36,312 nucleotides of DNA from Thermotogota bacterium (GTDB lineage Bacteria > Thermotogota > Thermotogae > Petrotogales > Petrotogaceae): NCBI GenBank assembly GCA_051748045.1, contig JBNJGY010000016.1, positions 1-36,312 of the forward strand, written 5' to 3'. Position numbers and translations under genes: made by a program. Positions 20,260 through 28,830 of the stretch are shown here, in pieces. The notes below the pieces were generated by a model, which was not told the origin of the DNA, made no database searches, and saw only the letters and a list, made by a program, of their open reading frames with translations. Positions within the stretch are counted from its first letter, which is position 1. The number at the start of each line of letters is the position of its first letter.

Positions 20260-20727
20260 ATGATAGATGTAAAAATAGTCAATGCTGTTTTGAATGCTCT
20301 GGTTACAACTTTCAAATCAGCTGCAAAAACGGATATAAAAATAGATAAACCCCAATTACAAAGTAAAATTGACAAAAAGTATGAAATAGTAACCACAATA
20401 GGTTTTAACGGAGTATTAGAGGGTAATTTAATTTATACTTTAAATGAAGACTCAGCAAAAATAATTGTTAACAATATGATGCAGGGAATGATGCAAGTGG
20501 ATTCTATAGAAGAAATGGCATTATCTGCTATAGGTGAGCTTGGAAATATGATTTCTGGAGCAGTTGCAGTTTCTATGGAAAAAATAGGATATTCAATAAA
20601 TATAACCCCTCCTTCTGTAGTAGAAGGAAAAGAAATGAAAGTAGCGGTTGATGGAAATATCCTTAAGTTTAAAGGTTTACTTGATGATAAAAAAGAAATA
20701 GATTTATACCTAGTAGTTAAAAAATAA
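20260..20727 (+). CDS. cheX: CheX-family chemotaxis phosphatase
   Basis: IGFNG.LEG, SAIGELGNMISG, INITPPSVV.G motifs; start at ATG 20260 after GGAGGTG. Confidence 0.85.
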   Translation: MIDVKIVNAVLNALVTTFKSAAKTDIKIDKPQLQSKIDKKYEIVTTIGFNGVLEGNLIYTLNEDSAKIIVNNMMQGMMQVDSIEEMALSAIGELGNMISGAVAVSMEKIGYSINITPPSVVEGKEMKVAVDGNILKFKGLLDDKKEIDLYLVVKK

Positions 20728-20785
20728 TAAATAAAAAAAAGGCGTTTTATTTTTAAAATAAAACGCCTTTTTTTTATTTATTATT
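20723..20785. terminator. Bidirectional terminator within a 63-bp perfect inverted repeat
   Basis: 31-bp perfect arms (20723-20753 and 20755-20785); GGCG/CGCC core flanked by A8/T8; lies between convergent genes. Confidence 0.88.
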
Positions 20786-22808
20786 GAATTTCAAAAACTC
20801 TGCCTTCAAAAGGATTTATAGTAATTTGAAGTTTACCCTCGTGAACTTCCCAATTACTTTCTCCTCTTCTATAGTTCTCTAAAAGGGTCGTGATTTTATG
20901 ATATCCTTTCCAAGTATGGTAACCAAGATCAATATCAAAGAAGAAAGGATGTTCATCACTTAAATTAATAGGTATTAAAATACCTTTTTGCCCATTCCAA
21001 TAGAAAAAAACAAAACCTTTTTCTCCAAAATCAATGAATCTAAAATTATTAATATCAGAAATTAAATCAATATATTCTTTTTTTAATGTGCCTAATAGTT
21101 TTAATAACTTAACCATGTGATGGTCAGTATCCCAATGTAAAGCGTACCAATCAAAGAAAGCAAGTTTTCCATAGAATTGATCATTTGGTGGTAGTTGTTT
21201 GAATTTTTCTTCAACAGGATTTTCAAAATCAAGTCCTGTGTTCATAGGCTGAGCTTCAAAGATTTCATAACCTGAATTTATAAAAGTTATACCATTTGGC
21301 ATAAAAGTATTTAAAACAGCTGACATTTTTGAAAATTTCTCTCCATAATCTCTTGTAACTGCTCTTGGAGAATCCGGTGTTTCTGCAGTTGCAAAAGCTG
21401 GTGTAACTAAGTTTGGCATTATTTCTTGTGAGAATTTTTTAAGCCAACCTTTATCAACTCTTGGTTCTGACCACCAAGAATTTCCTAAAATACCATCATA
21501 ACCATTATTTTTTGCTCTTTTGTGATTATCCATATTAAGTTCTTCTGCAATAATAGCAAAAGCAGGATCGTATTCTTTCGCGCTTTGAATTATCATGTGT
21601 TCAAGCTCATCTGGTAGAGCGTGTCCCATGTCTAATCTGGCACCATCTATTCCAAAATTTCTTTGATAGAAAGGCATTATATCAGCTATTATTTTCCATA
21701 ATTCTTCATTTTTTTCTGTTCCTGGAAAATTACTTGATTTAACTACATCAAAGAGAACGTAAGGTGGTTGATCATCGGACACAAACCTTTGCGCAGCTTT
21801 TGGATGAGTATTAAACAATTTTAAGAAGGTGACATCATCCCAAGGTGGTTGAGGGTCATTTATCCAATCAGAAAATCCTGGTACTGTTATAACTTTGAAT
21901 TCTTTTGCTATTTCATCTAAAAAATCAGGGTTATCTTTATTTTCTTTAACAAATTCTTCCCATTTTTTAGGATTTTGTGTTTTTGGATCCCATCTAAATT
22001 TTTTCAAATGTTTTTTAACTTCTGGATCGTTGTATAATATATCTAAGTTATCTTCAGAAGGTAAAACAAACTTCAAAGATTTAATTTTTGGAGGTTGAAA
22101 TGAATTTAATTCTTTAATATCAATCCAATAAAACCAATCTGGGTGTTCTAAAATAAGCCTGTTATCTCTAGCAGCTGTTCTTGGGACAAAGTCAAGCATA
22201 ACTTTCATCCCCATAATATGTGCTGCTTCTACAAAAGCCCCAAATTGTTCATTTGGAGTAAAAGAATCTTCCAATAAAGTGTCTTTATAATCTTGTTCAA
22301 CACTGAAAAAATCTTTTACAGAATAAGGAGAACCTACTTCACCTTTTTTGAATTTACTAGAAGATTGACTAATAGGTAATAAATAAATACAGTTTACATT
22401 GTACTGTTTTAAATACGGTAATAATGAGATCATCTTTAAAAAAGTTCCTGATTCAGTATAGCCTTTTTCATCAACAGGCATAAAAATAGATGAATTATCA
22501 TGAGTATATGCCGCTGTAGCTCTTATATGAGCTCCATAAATAACAGATTGTTTAATCCAATCAGGTGATTTTTCTCCTGTAGTATAGGATAAAGGCTTTG
22601 AATAATCATTTGTAGATTCGCTTTTTTTAACTATTTCTTCAATAATATTCGAGTGAAATTCATAAGGGTTTACAAAGAATTTTCTACCTTTCAATTTCAC
22701 TTGGCCTTCGTATCCTTCTGGCATCCATCTTTTTGGTATAGCATAATCATAATTTCCTTTGTTGACTTTTTCTTTTAAATGTTTCAATACTTTATTAAGT
22801 TCTTTCAT
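20781..22808 (-). CDS. mmtA: GH13 maltodextrin glycosyltransferase (Thermotoga-type maltosyltransferase)
   Basis: Matches my recollection of T. maritima MTase motifs: SPYSVK, LDFVPRTAARD, PGFSD.INDPQP.WDDVTFL, DGARLDMGHALP, IAEEL, ETPD.PR, GKLAFFD. Start at ATG 22808 after GAGGAGGG. Confidence 0.88.
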   Translation of the reverse strand: MKELNKVLKHLKEKVNKGNYDYAIPKRWMPEGYEGQVKLKGRKFFVNPYEFHSNIIEEIVKKSESTNDYSKPLSYTTGEKSPDWIKQSVIYGAHIRATAAYTHDNSSIFMPVDEKGYTESGTFLKMISLLPYLKQYNVNCIYLLPISQSSSKFKKGEVGSPYSVKDFFSVEQDYKDTLLEDSFTPNEQFGAFVEAAHIMGMKVMLDFVPRTAARDNRLILEHPDWFYWIDIKELNSFQPPKIKSLKFVLPSEDNLDILYNDPEVKKHLKKFRWDPKTQNPKKWEEFVKENKDNPDFLDEIAKEFKVITVPGFSDWINDPQPPWDDVTFLKLFNTHPKAAQRFVSDDQPPYVLFDVVKSSNFPGTEKNEELWKIIADIMPFYQRNFGIDGARLDMGHALPDELEHMIIQSAKEYDPAFAIIAEELNMDNHKRAKNNGYDGILGNSWWSEPRVDKGWLKKFSQEIMPNLVTPAFATAETPDSPRAVTRDYGEKFSKMSAVLNTFMPNGITFINSGYEIFEAQPMNTGLDFENPVEEKFKQLPPNDQFYGKLAFFDWYALHWDTDHHMVKLLKLLGTLKKEYIDLISDINNFRFIDFGEKGFVFFYWNGQKGILIPINLSDEHPFFFDIDLGYHTWKGYHKITTLLENYRRGESNWEVHEGKLQITINPFEGRVFEIQ

Positions 22809-22840
22809 GGTTACCCTCCTCATAAACTATAGCTGTTTTC

Positions 22841-22928
22841 TGGCGGAGACGGTGGGGTTCGAACCCACATGAGGTAAAACCTCACCGGTTTTCGAGACCG
22901 GCTCCTTAGCCAGTTCGGACACGTCTCC
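22841..22928 (-). tRNA. tRNA-Ser(CGA)
   Basis: Reverse complement GGAGACGTGTCCGAACTGGCTAAGGAG-CCGGT-CTCGAAA-ACCGG, long variable arm, GTTCGAAC...CTCCGCCA; 88 nt. Confidence 0.96.
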
Positions 22929-22948
22929 TTAAAAACATCTTCCTAGTA

Positions 22949-22957
22949 ATTATAACA
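22949..22957 (-). promoter_or_regulatory. Extended -10 element of tRNA-Ser
   Basis: Minus strand TGtTATAAT 20 bp upstream of the tRNA. Confidence 0.6.
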
Positions 22958-22972
22958 TATACAGAGATTTTG

Positions 22973-23704
22973 TTAGATAACCTGGTCTAATTTAGCGTAA
23001 ACATTTTTTAAAACCGATTTTAATTCTTCATTTTCTTTTTTCAAAAATTCATTTTCTTCTCTTATTTTATCAAAAGCTGGTTCTTCAACACTATAGTCTT
23101 TTTTATTTTCATTTTGCTTTAGGTTTTCATGTTCTTTTATAGCTCTTGACATAACCTCCAACATAAATTTTGCAGATTCTTTATTATCTGTATGAATAGA
23201 ATGAAAAATTAATATGTTATATGTTGGTACAACATCATTGAAATCATCATATTCACTTTTAAATAATTTTTCAATTATTTCTTTTTTAGATAATTCTTTA
23301 TAATCTTCTTTTACCATATTTAATTTATCCTGATAATCTGTTAAAAATATCTCGAAAATGTTTGAAAAAGCCTTTTCAAAAACTTCTTCTTTTGGAAAGT
23401 GTGATTTCTCTGAAATTTTTACAAACAAATCCACATAAAACCTTTGTAAAACTTCTATAGGGTTTTGTCGTTCTTTTTCAGGATCAGCATACTTTGACGC
23501 TAGCAATTCTGCTAATTCATAATTTGCTAAAAAATTTGTACCAAAACTATCAATTAAAAACATAATGTAATAGCTCTTCTTTTTTCCTAATTTGTATAAT
23601 TGGTCGATATCTTCGAAGTTTTTATCGACAAAACGAACTACTTTATTTATCGTTTCCATTAAAAAAGCTTTGTAATTACTAAACTCAAAAGGCACGAAAT
23701 ACAT
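22973..23704 (-). CDS. Hypothetical protein (helical, C-terminal coiled coil)
   Basis: 243 aa ORF with an AAGGGGG RBS, filling the intergenic space; no motif recognised. Confidence 0.75.
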   Translation of the reverse strand: MYFVPFEFSNYKAFLMETINKVVRFVDKNFEDIDQLYKLGKKKSYYIMFLIDSFGTNFLANYELAELLASKYADPEKERQNPIEVLQRFYVDLFVKISEKSHFPKEEVFEKAFSNIFEIFLTDYQDKLNMVKEDYKELSKKEIIEKLFKSEYDDFNDVVPTYNILIFHSIHTDNKESAKFMLEVMSRAIKEHENLKQNENKKDYSVEEPAFDKIREENEFLKKENEELKSVLKNVYAKLDQVI

Positions 23705-23769
23705 AAAATCCCCCCTTATTTCAATTTACTTAGCTTCTAAATTAATTATACATTATTTTTCTGTGAATA

Positions 23770-23805
23770 TAAAAAATAAATCAATGCATTAAACATTGAT
23801 TTATT
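23770..23805 (-). terminator. Probable terminator of gnd-zwf-pgl
   Basis: AATAAATCAATG-7 nt-CATTGATTTATT hairpin followed by T residues on the minus strand; AT-rich stem. Confidence 0.6.
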
Positions 23806-24496
23806 CTCTGAGAAATATATATTCCGTTTTTTCCTTATTTATTTTTTCTACTGGAAACTTTTTTTCTTTGTGATTAAAAATAAGATGCTCAATTATTTTT
23901 TCTTTATTTTTAAATTTTGAAAAAACTAAAATTTTATTTGCATTATTAATTAAATTATAAGTAATAGAAATTCTATCTGTTTCAGGGTTCCCGTAGTTTT
24001 TTACATAATCAACTAATTTAGAGCTTCTTAAAATATTCGATTTTGGAAACAAAGAAGCAGTATGCCCATCATCACCCATTCCCAAGAAAACTAAGTCAGG
24101 TTTTGTAGCTTTTTGTTGATTTATTATTTCCTCATAGTTTTTGGCACTATTTTCTATATTTCCCTCAGTTTTAATAGGAAAGAGATTCAAATCATATTCT
24201 TTTAATTCATCAAAAAGGTGTTTTTTCGCATTCCCGTAATTACTATTTGGAGAATCATGTGGAATAAATCTTTCATCACCAAAGAAAAAATTAATTTTAT
24301 TCCAATTAATTTTATGATGAGATTTTTTAGAAATAATATAGTCATAAAGCTCTAAAGGTGTGGAACCACCAGAGAGGAAAACATTGAATACTTCTTTGTT
24401 TTCCAAAGCATAATAAAATCTCTTTTTAAAAATATGATATACACTCTTAAAATATTTAGTTTTATCATCATAAATACAAATACTCATTTTTATCAT
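23801..24496 (-). CDS. pgl: 6-phosphogluconolactonase
   Basis: LSGGSTP, FFGDERF, SNY, LGMGDDGHTASLFP, RISIT motifs. Confidence 0.95.
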   Translation of the reverse strand: MIKMSICIYDDKTKYFKSVYHIFKKRFYYALENKEVFNVFLSGGSTPLELYDYIISKKSHHKINWNKINFFFGDERFIPHDSPNSNYGNAKKHLFDELKEYDLNLFPIKTEGNIENSAKNYEEIINQQKATKPDLVFLGMGDDGHTASLFPKSNILRSSKLVDYVKNYGNPETDRISITYNLINNANKILVFSKFKNKEKIIEHLIFNHKEKKFPVEKINKEKTEYIFLRE

Positions 24497-26004
24497 TCCT
24501 CCGGATTAACCCATTTATCATCATTAAACAATCCCTCAGCAATATCAGGTCCCCAAGTGCCTGCATTATAAAAGTTCAAATATTTCTCATTTTTATCCCA
24601 TTCTTCTAGTATATCGTCGATTATTAACCAACTTGTTTCCATAGCGTCTGACCTTACAAAAAGAGTCTGATCATTCAAAATAACATCCAGAAAAAGCCTT
24701 TCATAAGCACCAGGAGGATCAAAATCAAAGAATTCTGAATATCTAAAATCCATATTCAAATCATTTAAACAAAGTTTAGAGCCTGGTTGCTTTGCTTGTA
24801 AATTCAAACTGAAACCTTCATTGGGTTGTATGTTTAAAGTTAAGATGTTTTTGTTAGGTTTTATTTTATTTTTTGAAAAAATTGAATAAGGAACTTCTTT
24901 AAAGTGTATAGTGATTTGACTATTTTTTGTTTTCAGTCGCTTTCCAGATCTCAAATAAAAAGGAACTCCACTCCATCTCCAGTTATCTATAAACATTTTT
25001 GCTGCAACATAAGTTTCTCTTTGAGAACTAGAATTAACCTTATCCTCTTGTTTATATCCTTTTACTTTTTCCCCATCAATATTTCCTTCAGTATATTGAG
25101 CTTTTATTATTTTTTTGTTTATATCTTCTTTTTTTAGAGGTCTTACAGATTTCAATAATTTAAATTTTTCATCTCTAACACTTTCAGCATCTATTTGAGC
25201 TGGAGCTTCCATTCCAACCAAAGCCAAAAGTTGAAGCATATGATTTTGAAACATATCTCGTAAAAGACCAGAATTTTCAAAATATCCAGCTCTTGAACCA
25301 ATTCCTTGATCTTCAGAAGCGTTAATTTGTATATGGTCAATATACTTATAATTCCAAATCGGTTCAAAAATAGTATTTGCAAACCTAAACATCAAAATAT
25401 TTTGTACAGTTTCCTTTCCGAGATAATGATCTATTCGAAAAATTTGTTCTTCTTCTAAATATTTATGTAGCTCTTTGTCTAACTGTTTAGAACTCTTATA
25501 ATCACTACCAAAAGGTTTTTCTACAATAACTTTTGGAAAAACATCTTCAGTTTTATTCAAAAGATTAGAATTACCAAGTTTTTTAATAATATCCATATAT
25601 ACTATTTGTGGAGTTGCAAAATAAAATAATCTATTATAATTAGTCTGGTGTTTTTTATCTAAATCATTAATTTTATTTTTTAATTTTTTATAAAGATCAA
25701 ATTCTGAATAATCTCCATTTAAATAATATATCTTGTCTAAAAAATTATCAATTTGTTTATATTTATCATCTAAAGATTCTTTAATATGTTGTCTATATGA
25801 CTTTGTATTCAGTTCTGTTCTTCCAACACCTAATATATAAGTGTTTTCTGACAAAAGATTTCTTTTATAAAGATTAAAAAGCGAAGGGATTAGTTTTGTG
25901 AATGTTAAATCACCACTTCCACCAAAAATAACTATAGAAGCTGGGTCCCCTTTAATATCCTCACAGGTTTCAACGTTATTTAAAGTTTTTTTAGTTTCTT
26001 TCAT
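24493..26004 (-). CDS. zwf: Glucose-6-phosphate 1-dehydrogenase
   Basis: GGSGDL, EKPFG, RIDHYLGKE, DMFQNH, RWSGVPFYLRSGK, AYERL motifs. Confidence 0.98.
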   Translation of the reverse strand: MKETKKTLNNVETCEDIKGDPASIVIFGGSGDLTFTKLIPSLFNLYKRNLLSENTYILGVGRTELNTKSYRQHIKESLDDKYKQIDNFLDKIYYLNGDYSEFDLYKKLKNKINDLDKKHQTNYNRLFYFATPQIVYMDIIKKLGNSNLLNKTEDVFPKVIVEKPFGSDYKSSKQLDKELHKYLEEEQIFRIDHYLGKETVQNILMFRFANTIFEPIWNYKYIDHIQINASEDQGIGSRAGYFENSGLLRDMFQNHMLQLLALVGMEAPAQIDAESVRDEKFKLLKSVRPLKKEDINKKIIKAQYTEGNIDGEKVKGYKQEDKVNSSSQRETYVAAKMFIDNWRWSGVPFYLRSGKRLKTKNSQITIHFKEVPYSIFSKNKIKPNKNILTLNIQPNEGFSLNLQAKQPGSKLCLNDLNMDFRYSEFFDFDPPGAYERLFLDVILNDQTLFVRSDAMETSWLIIDDILEEWDKNEKYLNFYNAGTWGPDIAEGLFNDDKWVNPEE

Positions 26005-26972
26005 TTATTATCACTCTTTTGAGGGTTAGCTGCTTGAACTTTTCCTGCACCTGCTTCTTTTGATTTAACCTGGTCTTTTTTAGAGTAAATAGCATGACCT
26101 CCAAATTGATTTCTCAAAGCAGCAACCACTTTATCAGAGAAAAGATCTTCTTGTCTTGATTGAAACCTTTTGAAAAGAGAATTACTTATAATAGGTACTG
26201 AAACTCCTGTTTCGATAGCAGCATTTACTGTCCATCTTGCTTCTCCTGAATCTTCTACATATCCCTGCATATTTTCTAAACCAGAATCTTCTTTAAAAGC
26301 ATTTTGAATAAGTTCAAGAAGCCATGATCTAATAACACTTCCATGATTCCAAATTTTAGAAACCTCTGACATATCAATATCTCCATATTCAGAAGCTTTG
26401 AGAACTTCAAAACCTTCTCCATATGCTTCCATGAGCCCATACTCTATTCCATTATGAACCATCTTAACAAAATGACCTGCTCCAGTTGAGCCACAATACA
26501 TATAGCCATCTTCAGGAGCTAAAGATTTAATAATTGGTAAAATGTAATCGTAAATTTCCTTTTCTCCACCAATCATAGTTGAATAACCCTCTTTTAAGCC
26601 CCAAACTCCACCAGAAATTCCAGCATCCAAATAATGTATACCTAATCTTTTGAAATCATTAAATCTTATTTTATCCTTTTTATAATGACTATTACCCCCA
26701 TCAATTATAATGTCGCCTTTTTCTAATATTTCTTTTAAATCTTCAAAATATTTATCTGTAATATTTCCTGCTGGCAACATAGACCAAATAACTCTGGGAG
26801 AATCCATCTTTAAAAAGTCTTCCAATTTTTCAGCAACAATAGCTCCCTCTTTCTCTAAATCAAGAGCTTTTTCAATGGTTCTGTTATGAACCCAAACTTC
26901 ATGTTCATTGTTCAAAAGCCTTTTAGCCATATTCTTACCCATTCTACCTAAACCAATAATAGCAATTTTCAT
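26001..26972 (-). CDS. gnd: Decarboxylating 6-phosphogluconate dehydrogenase (short, YqeC-like form)
   Basis: GLGRMG, IDGGNS, SGG, GHFVKMVHNGIEYG, DSGE.RWT, LRNQFGGH motifs; 323 aa. Confidence 0.95.
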   Translation of the reverse strand: MKIAIIGLGRMGKNMAKRLLNNEHEVWVHNRTIEKALDLEKEGAIVAEKLEDFLKMDSPRVIWSMLPAGNITDKYFEDLKEILEKGDIIIDGGNSHYKKDKIRFNDFKRLGIHYLDAGISGGVWGLKEGYSTMIGGEKEIYDYILPIIKSLAPEDGYMYCGSTGAGHFVKMVHNGIEYGLMEAYGEGFEVLKASEYGDIDMSEVSKIWNHGSVIRSWLLELIQNAFKEDSGLENMQGYVEDSGEARWTVNAAIETGVSVPIISNSLFKRFQSRQEDLFSDKVVAALRNQFGGHAIYSKKDQVKSKEAGAGKVQAANPQKSDNK

Positions 26973-27040
26973 AAAATACCCTCCTAAACACTCGAAAATA
27001 TCCCCGGTGATATAAATACGAGTGAAAATATTTCATTTAA

Positions 27041-27049
27041 ATTGTATCA
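27041..27049 (-). promoter_or_regulatory. Extended -10 element upstream of gnd
   Basis: Minus strand TGaTACAAT about 68 bp before the gnd ATG. Confidence 0.5.
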
Positions 27050-27099
27050 CTTTTTGATTTAATTTATTAAAATGAGGTTTAAAAATACATTTATAGGTA

Positions 27100-27723
27100 T
27101 TATACTTTTTTGTATATTTTATTCTCTATCTGTTCAATCAATTCATCTACAAAGGTTTCATGTTCAACAATATCATTTTTATTACCATCTACAATTAGTA
27201 AATTGGAATGGTTATACTTTGAAATCCATAATTTGTAAAGATTATCTAGCTGTTTCCAGTAATCTTCTGGAACTTGCATTTCCATTTTTCTTCCTCTTTT
27301 TGCAATTCTGTTTTTTATAGTTTCCACAGTAGTGTCAATATAAATTGTTAAATCAGGTTTCTTAATAAATTCTAGCATAGTATAAAAAATATCTCTGTAA
27401 GCTGAATATTCTTTATCTGTCATTTTACCAGTTAAATGAAGATTTTTTGCAAAAATTTCAGCATCTTCATAGATAGTTCTATCTAATATGGCATTTTTCC
27501 CAGATTCTATTATGGCTTTTATACTTTTAAATCTGTGAAATAAAAAATATGTCTGTAGATGATAAGACCATTGTTTTTGATCATAGTAAAAATTTTCTAA
27601 AAACGGGTTATCATCTACTGATTCATAATAAGGAATAAAATTCATCTTTTCAGATAAAATTCTAGTATAAGTAGACTTTCCCGCCCCAACATTACCAGCT
27701 AAAACTATCATTTTTCCATTCAT
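27100..27723 (-). CDS. dck: Deoxyadenosine/deoxycytidine kinase
   Basis: GNVGAGKST, NPFL..FY, WSYHLQ.YFL, DRTIYED..IFA, RGR.ME motifs, as in Bacillus Dck. Confidence 0.8.
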   Translation of the reverse strand: MNGKMIVLAGNVGAGKSTYTRILSEKMNFIPYYESVDDNPFLENFYYDQKQWSYHLQTYFLFHRFKSIKAIIESGKNAILDRTIYEDAEIFAKNLHLTGKMTDKEYSAYRDIFYTMLEFIKKPDLTIYIDTTVETIKNRIAKRGRKMEMQVPEDYWKQLDNLYKLWISKYNHSNLLIVDGNKNDIVEHETFVDELIEQIENKIYKKV

Positions 27724-28319
27724 ATTTCAACCTCCATATGTTTATTAATATTATTGATTAAATTATTTAATTGCCTCTCGTCAAAAACATTAAAGCTATT
27801 AGCATCTAAATAAATAATATTTTCCATTTGTTTTAGATACTTTTTATAATTTCTACTCAAACTAGATAAATATTTCTTATCTAATTTTATTTCCATAGTT
27901 CTATTTCTTTTTTTGATTCTATCAATTACAGTATCAACACTTGCATCAAGATAAATAATTAAATCACTTTTTGCAGATTTAATATTTAATATTTCATAAA
28001 TTGATTTAAACTTTTGTAATTCTTCTTTATTTTCGATTGTTGTTTCAGCAAAAACAAGGTTTTTAAACATATCATAATCTGATATAATTAAACCGTTTTG
28101 ATTATCATTTTTAAGTTGGGAATATCTTGAAACCAAAAAGAACATCTCAGTTTCAAAGCCCACGTCTTCATTTTCATACAATAAAGACAGATAAGGGTTT
28201 TTCTCAAATTCTTCTAATATCAAATAATCTGCATTCATCTTTTCAAAAAGAGCATTTGCCAGTGTTGTTTTTCCAGAACCAATATTTCCCTCAATAGTTA
28301 TCTTATATTTTTTATTCAC
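27720..28319 (-). CDS. dgk: Deoxyguanosine kinase-like deoxynucleoside kinase
   Basis: IEGNIGSGKTT, NPYL, EMFFL..RY, DY..KN..FAE.T motifs, as in Bacillus Dgk. Start corrected to GTG 28319 after GGAGGG. Confidence 0.75.
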   Translation of the reverse strand: MNKKYKITIEGNIGSGKTTLANALFEKMNADYLILEEFEKNPYLSLLYENEDVGFETEMFFLVSRYSQLKNDNQNGLIISDYDMFKNLVFAETTIENKEELQKFKSIYEILNIKSAKSDLIIYLDASVDTVIDRIKKRNRTMEIKLDKKYLSSLSRNYKKYLKQMENIIYLDANSFNVFDERQLNNLINNINKHMEVEI

Positions 28320-28342
28320 TTTAATCCCTCCTGCTTCTATAT

Positions 28343-28371
28343 ATCGTATCATATAAGATATAAAAATACAA
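28343..28371 (-). promoter_or_regulatory. Promoter of dgk-dck
   Basis: Minus strand TTGTAT-17 bp-TACGAT with extended TG. Confidence 0.6.
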
Positions 28372-28390
28372 TATATGGTAATAAAACTCT

Positions 28391-28451
28391 GTTGGAAGAT
28401 GGAAGAAGTTCTCAACTTTTTCAGATGGAGGATGGAAGCTGGATGTTGGAG
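28391..28451 (+). repeat. Heptamer tracts GTTGGAA-GATGGAA and GATGGAG-GATGGAA-GCTGGAT-GTTGGAG
   Basis: Six 7-mers in two runs (28391-28404 and 28424-28451); same consensus as 702-729. Confidence 0.78.
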
Positions 28452-28482
28452 GAGTAAAAAGCAAAAAGCAAAAACTCTAAAA

Positions 28483-28529
28483 CACCCCGCAAAGTGCAGC
28501 GCCCCTCTAATGGTCATTTCAGAGGGAAT
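28483..28529 (+). repeat. GC-rich CACCCCG...CCCCTCT...AGAGGGAAT palindromic module (single copy here)
   Basis: CCCTCT (28503-28508) / AGAGGG (28521-28526) stem in an AT-rich background; repeat status is inferred from style only. Confidence 0.4.
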
Positions 28530-28544
28530 AAAACAGTTAAAAAC

Positions 28545-28587
28545 AAGATCTTTCTATGCGATGCTACGCATCTTAGTCGAAATGACA
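28545..28587 (-). repeat. 43-bp TGTCA-headed palindromic (REP-like) repeat, copy 3
   Basis: Reverse complement TGTCATTTCGACTAAGATGCGTAGCATCGCATAGAAAGATCTT; 4 transitions from copy 2, and shares the downstream GTTTTTA. Confidence 0.92.
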
Positions 28588-28758
28588 GAGTATATAATTT
28601 TTTTATTTCCAACCATAAACCTTCAACAGAAATCATGAAATGATTTCTATCCTTTCGATCTTGTGAAGAGTGCTATTTATTTTTTGGCTGAAAATTACTA
28701 ATAATAAGATTAGCGAGTGTCACCCTGAGCATTGTCGATGTTTTCGTAGCCTTGCTGA

Positions 28759-28830
28759 ATTCATCGTGAACGTAGTGAACATTCTTCACGAGTGTAACGA
28801 GTATTCTTCAACAGCTTTGCTGTTATTCTT
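28759..28830 (+). repeat. 22-bp-period mini-hairpin array (3 units plus a terminal head)
   Basis: ATTCATC-GTGAAC-GTA-GTGAAC | ATTCTTC-ACGAGT-GTA-ACGAGT | ATTCTTC-AACAGC-TTT-GCTGTT | ATTCTT. Confidence 0.8.

Noticed and set aside
22841-22928. tRNA genes as island or prophage att sites (also 917-1152)
   Set aside because: No integrase and no duplicated tRNA 3' end seen in the window.
28320-28400. Purine or 2'-dG riboswitch before the deoxynucleoside kinases
   Set aside because: The predicted leader is under 25 nt and no aptamer core is visible.
28320-28517. 66-aa N-terminal extension of the dgk ORF
   Set aside because: Reads through repeat DNA; an RBS, a GTG at 28319 and a promoter at 28343-28371 define the shorter gene.
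28759-28830. CRISPR interpretation of the 22-bp array
   Set aside because: The constant part is only 7 bp and the variable part 15 bp and self-structured; there are no cas genes in the window.
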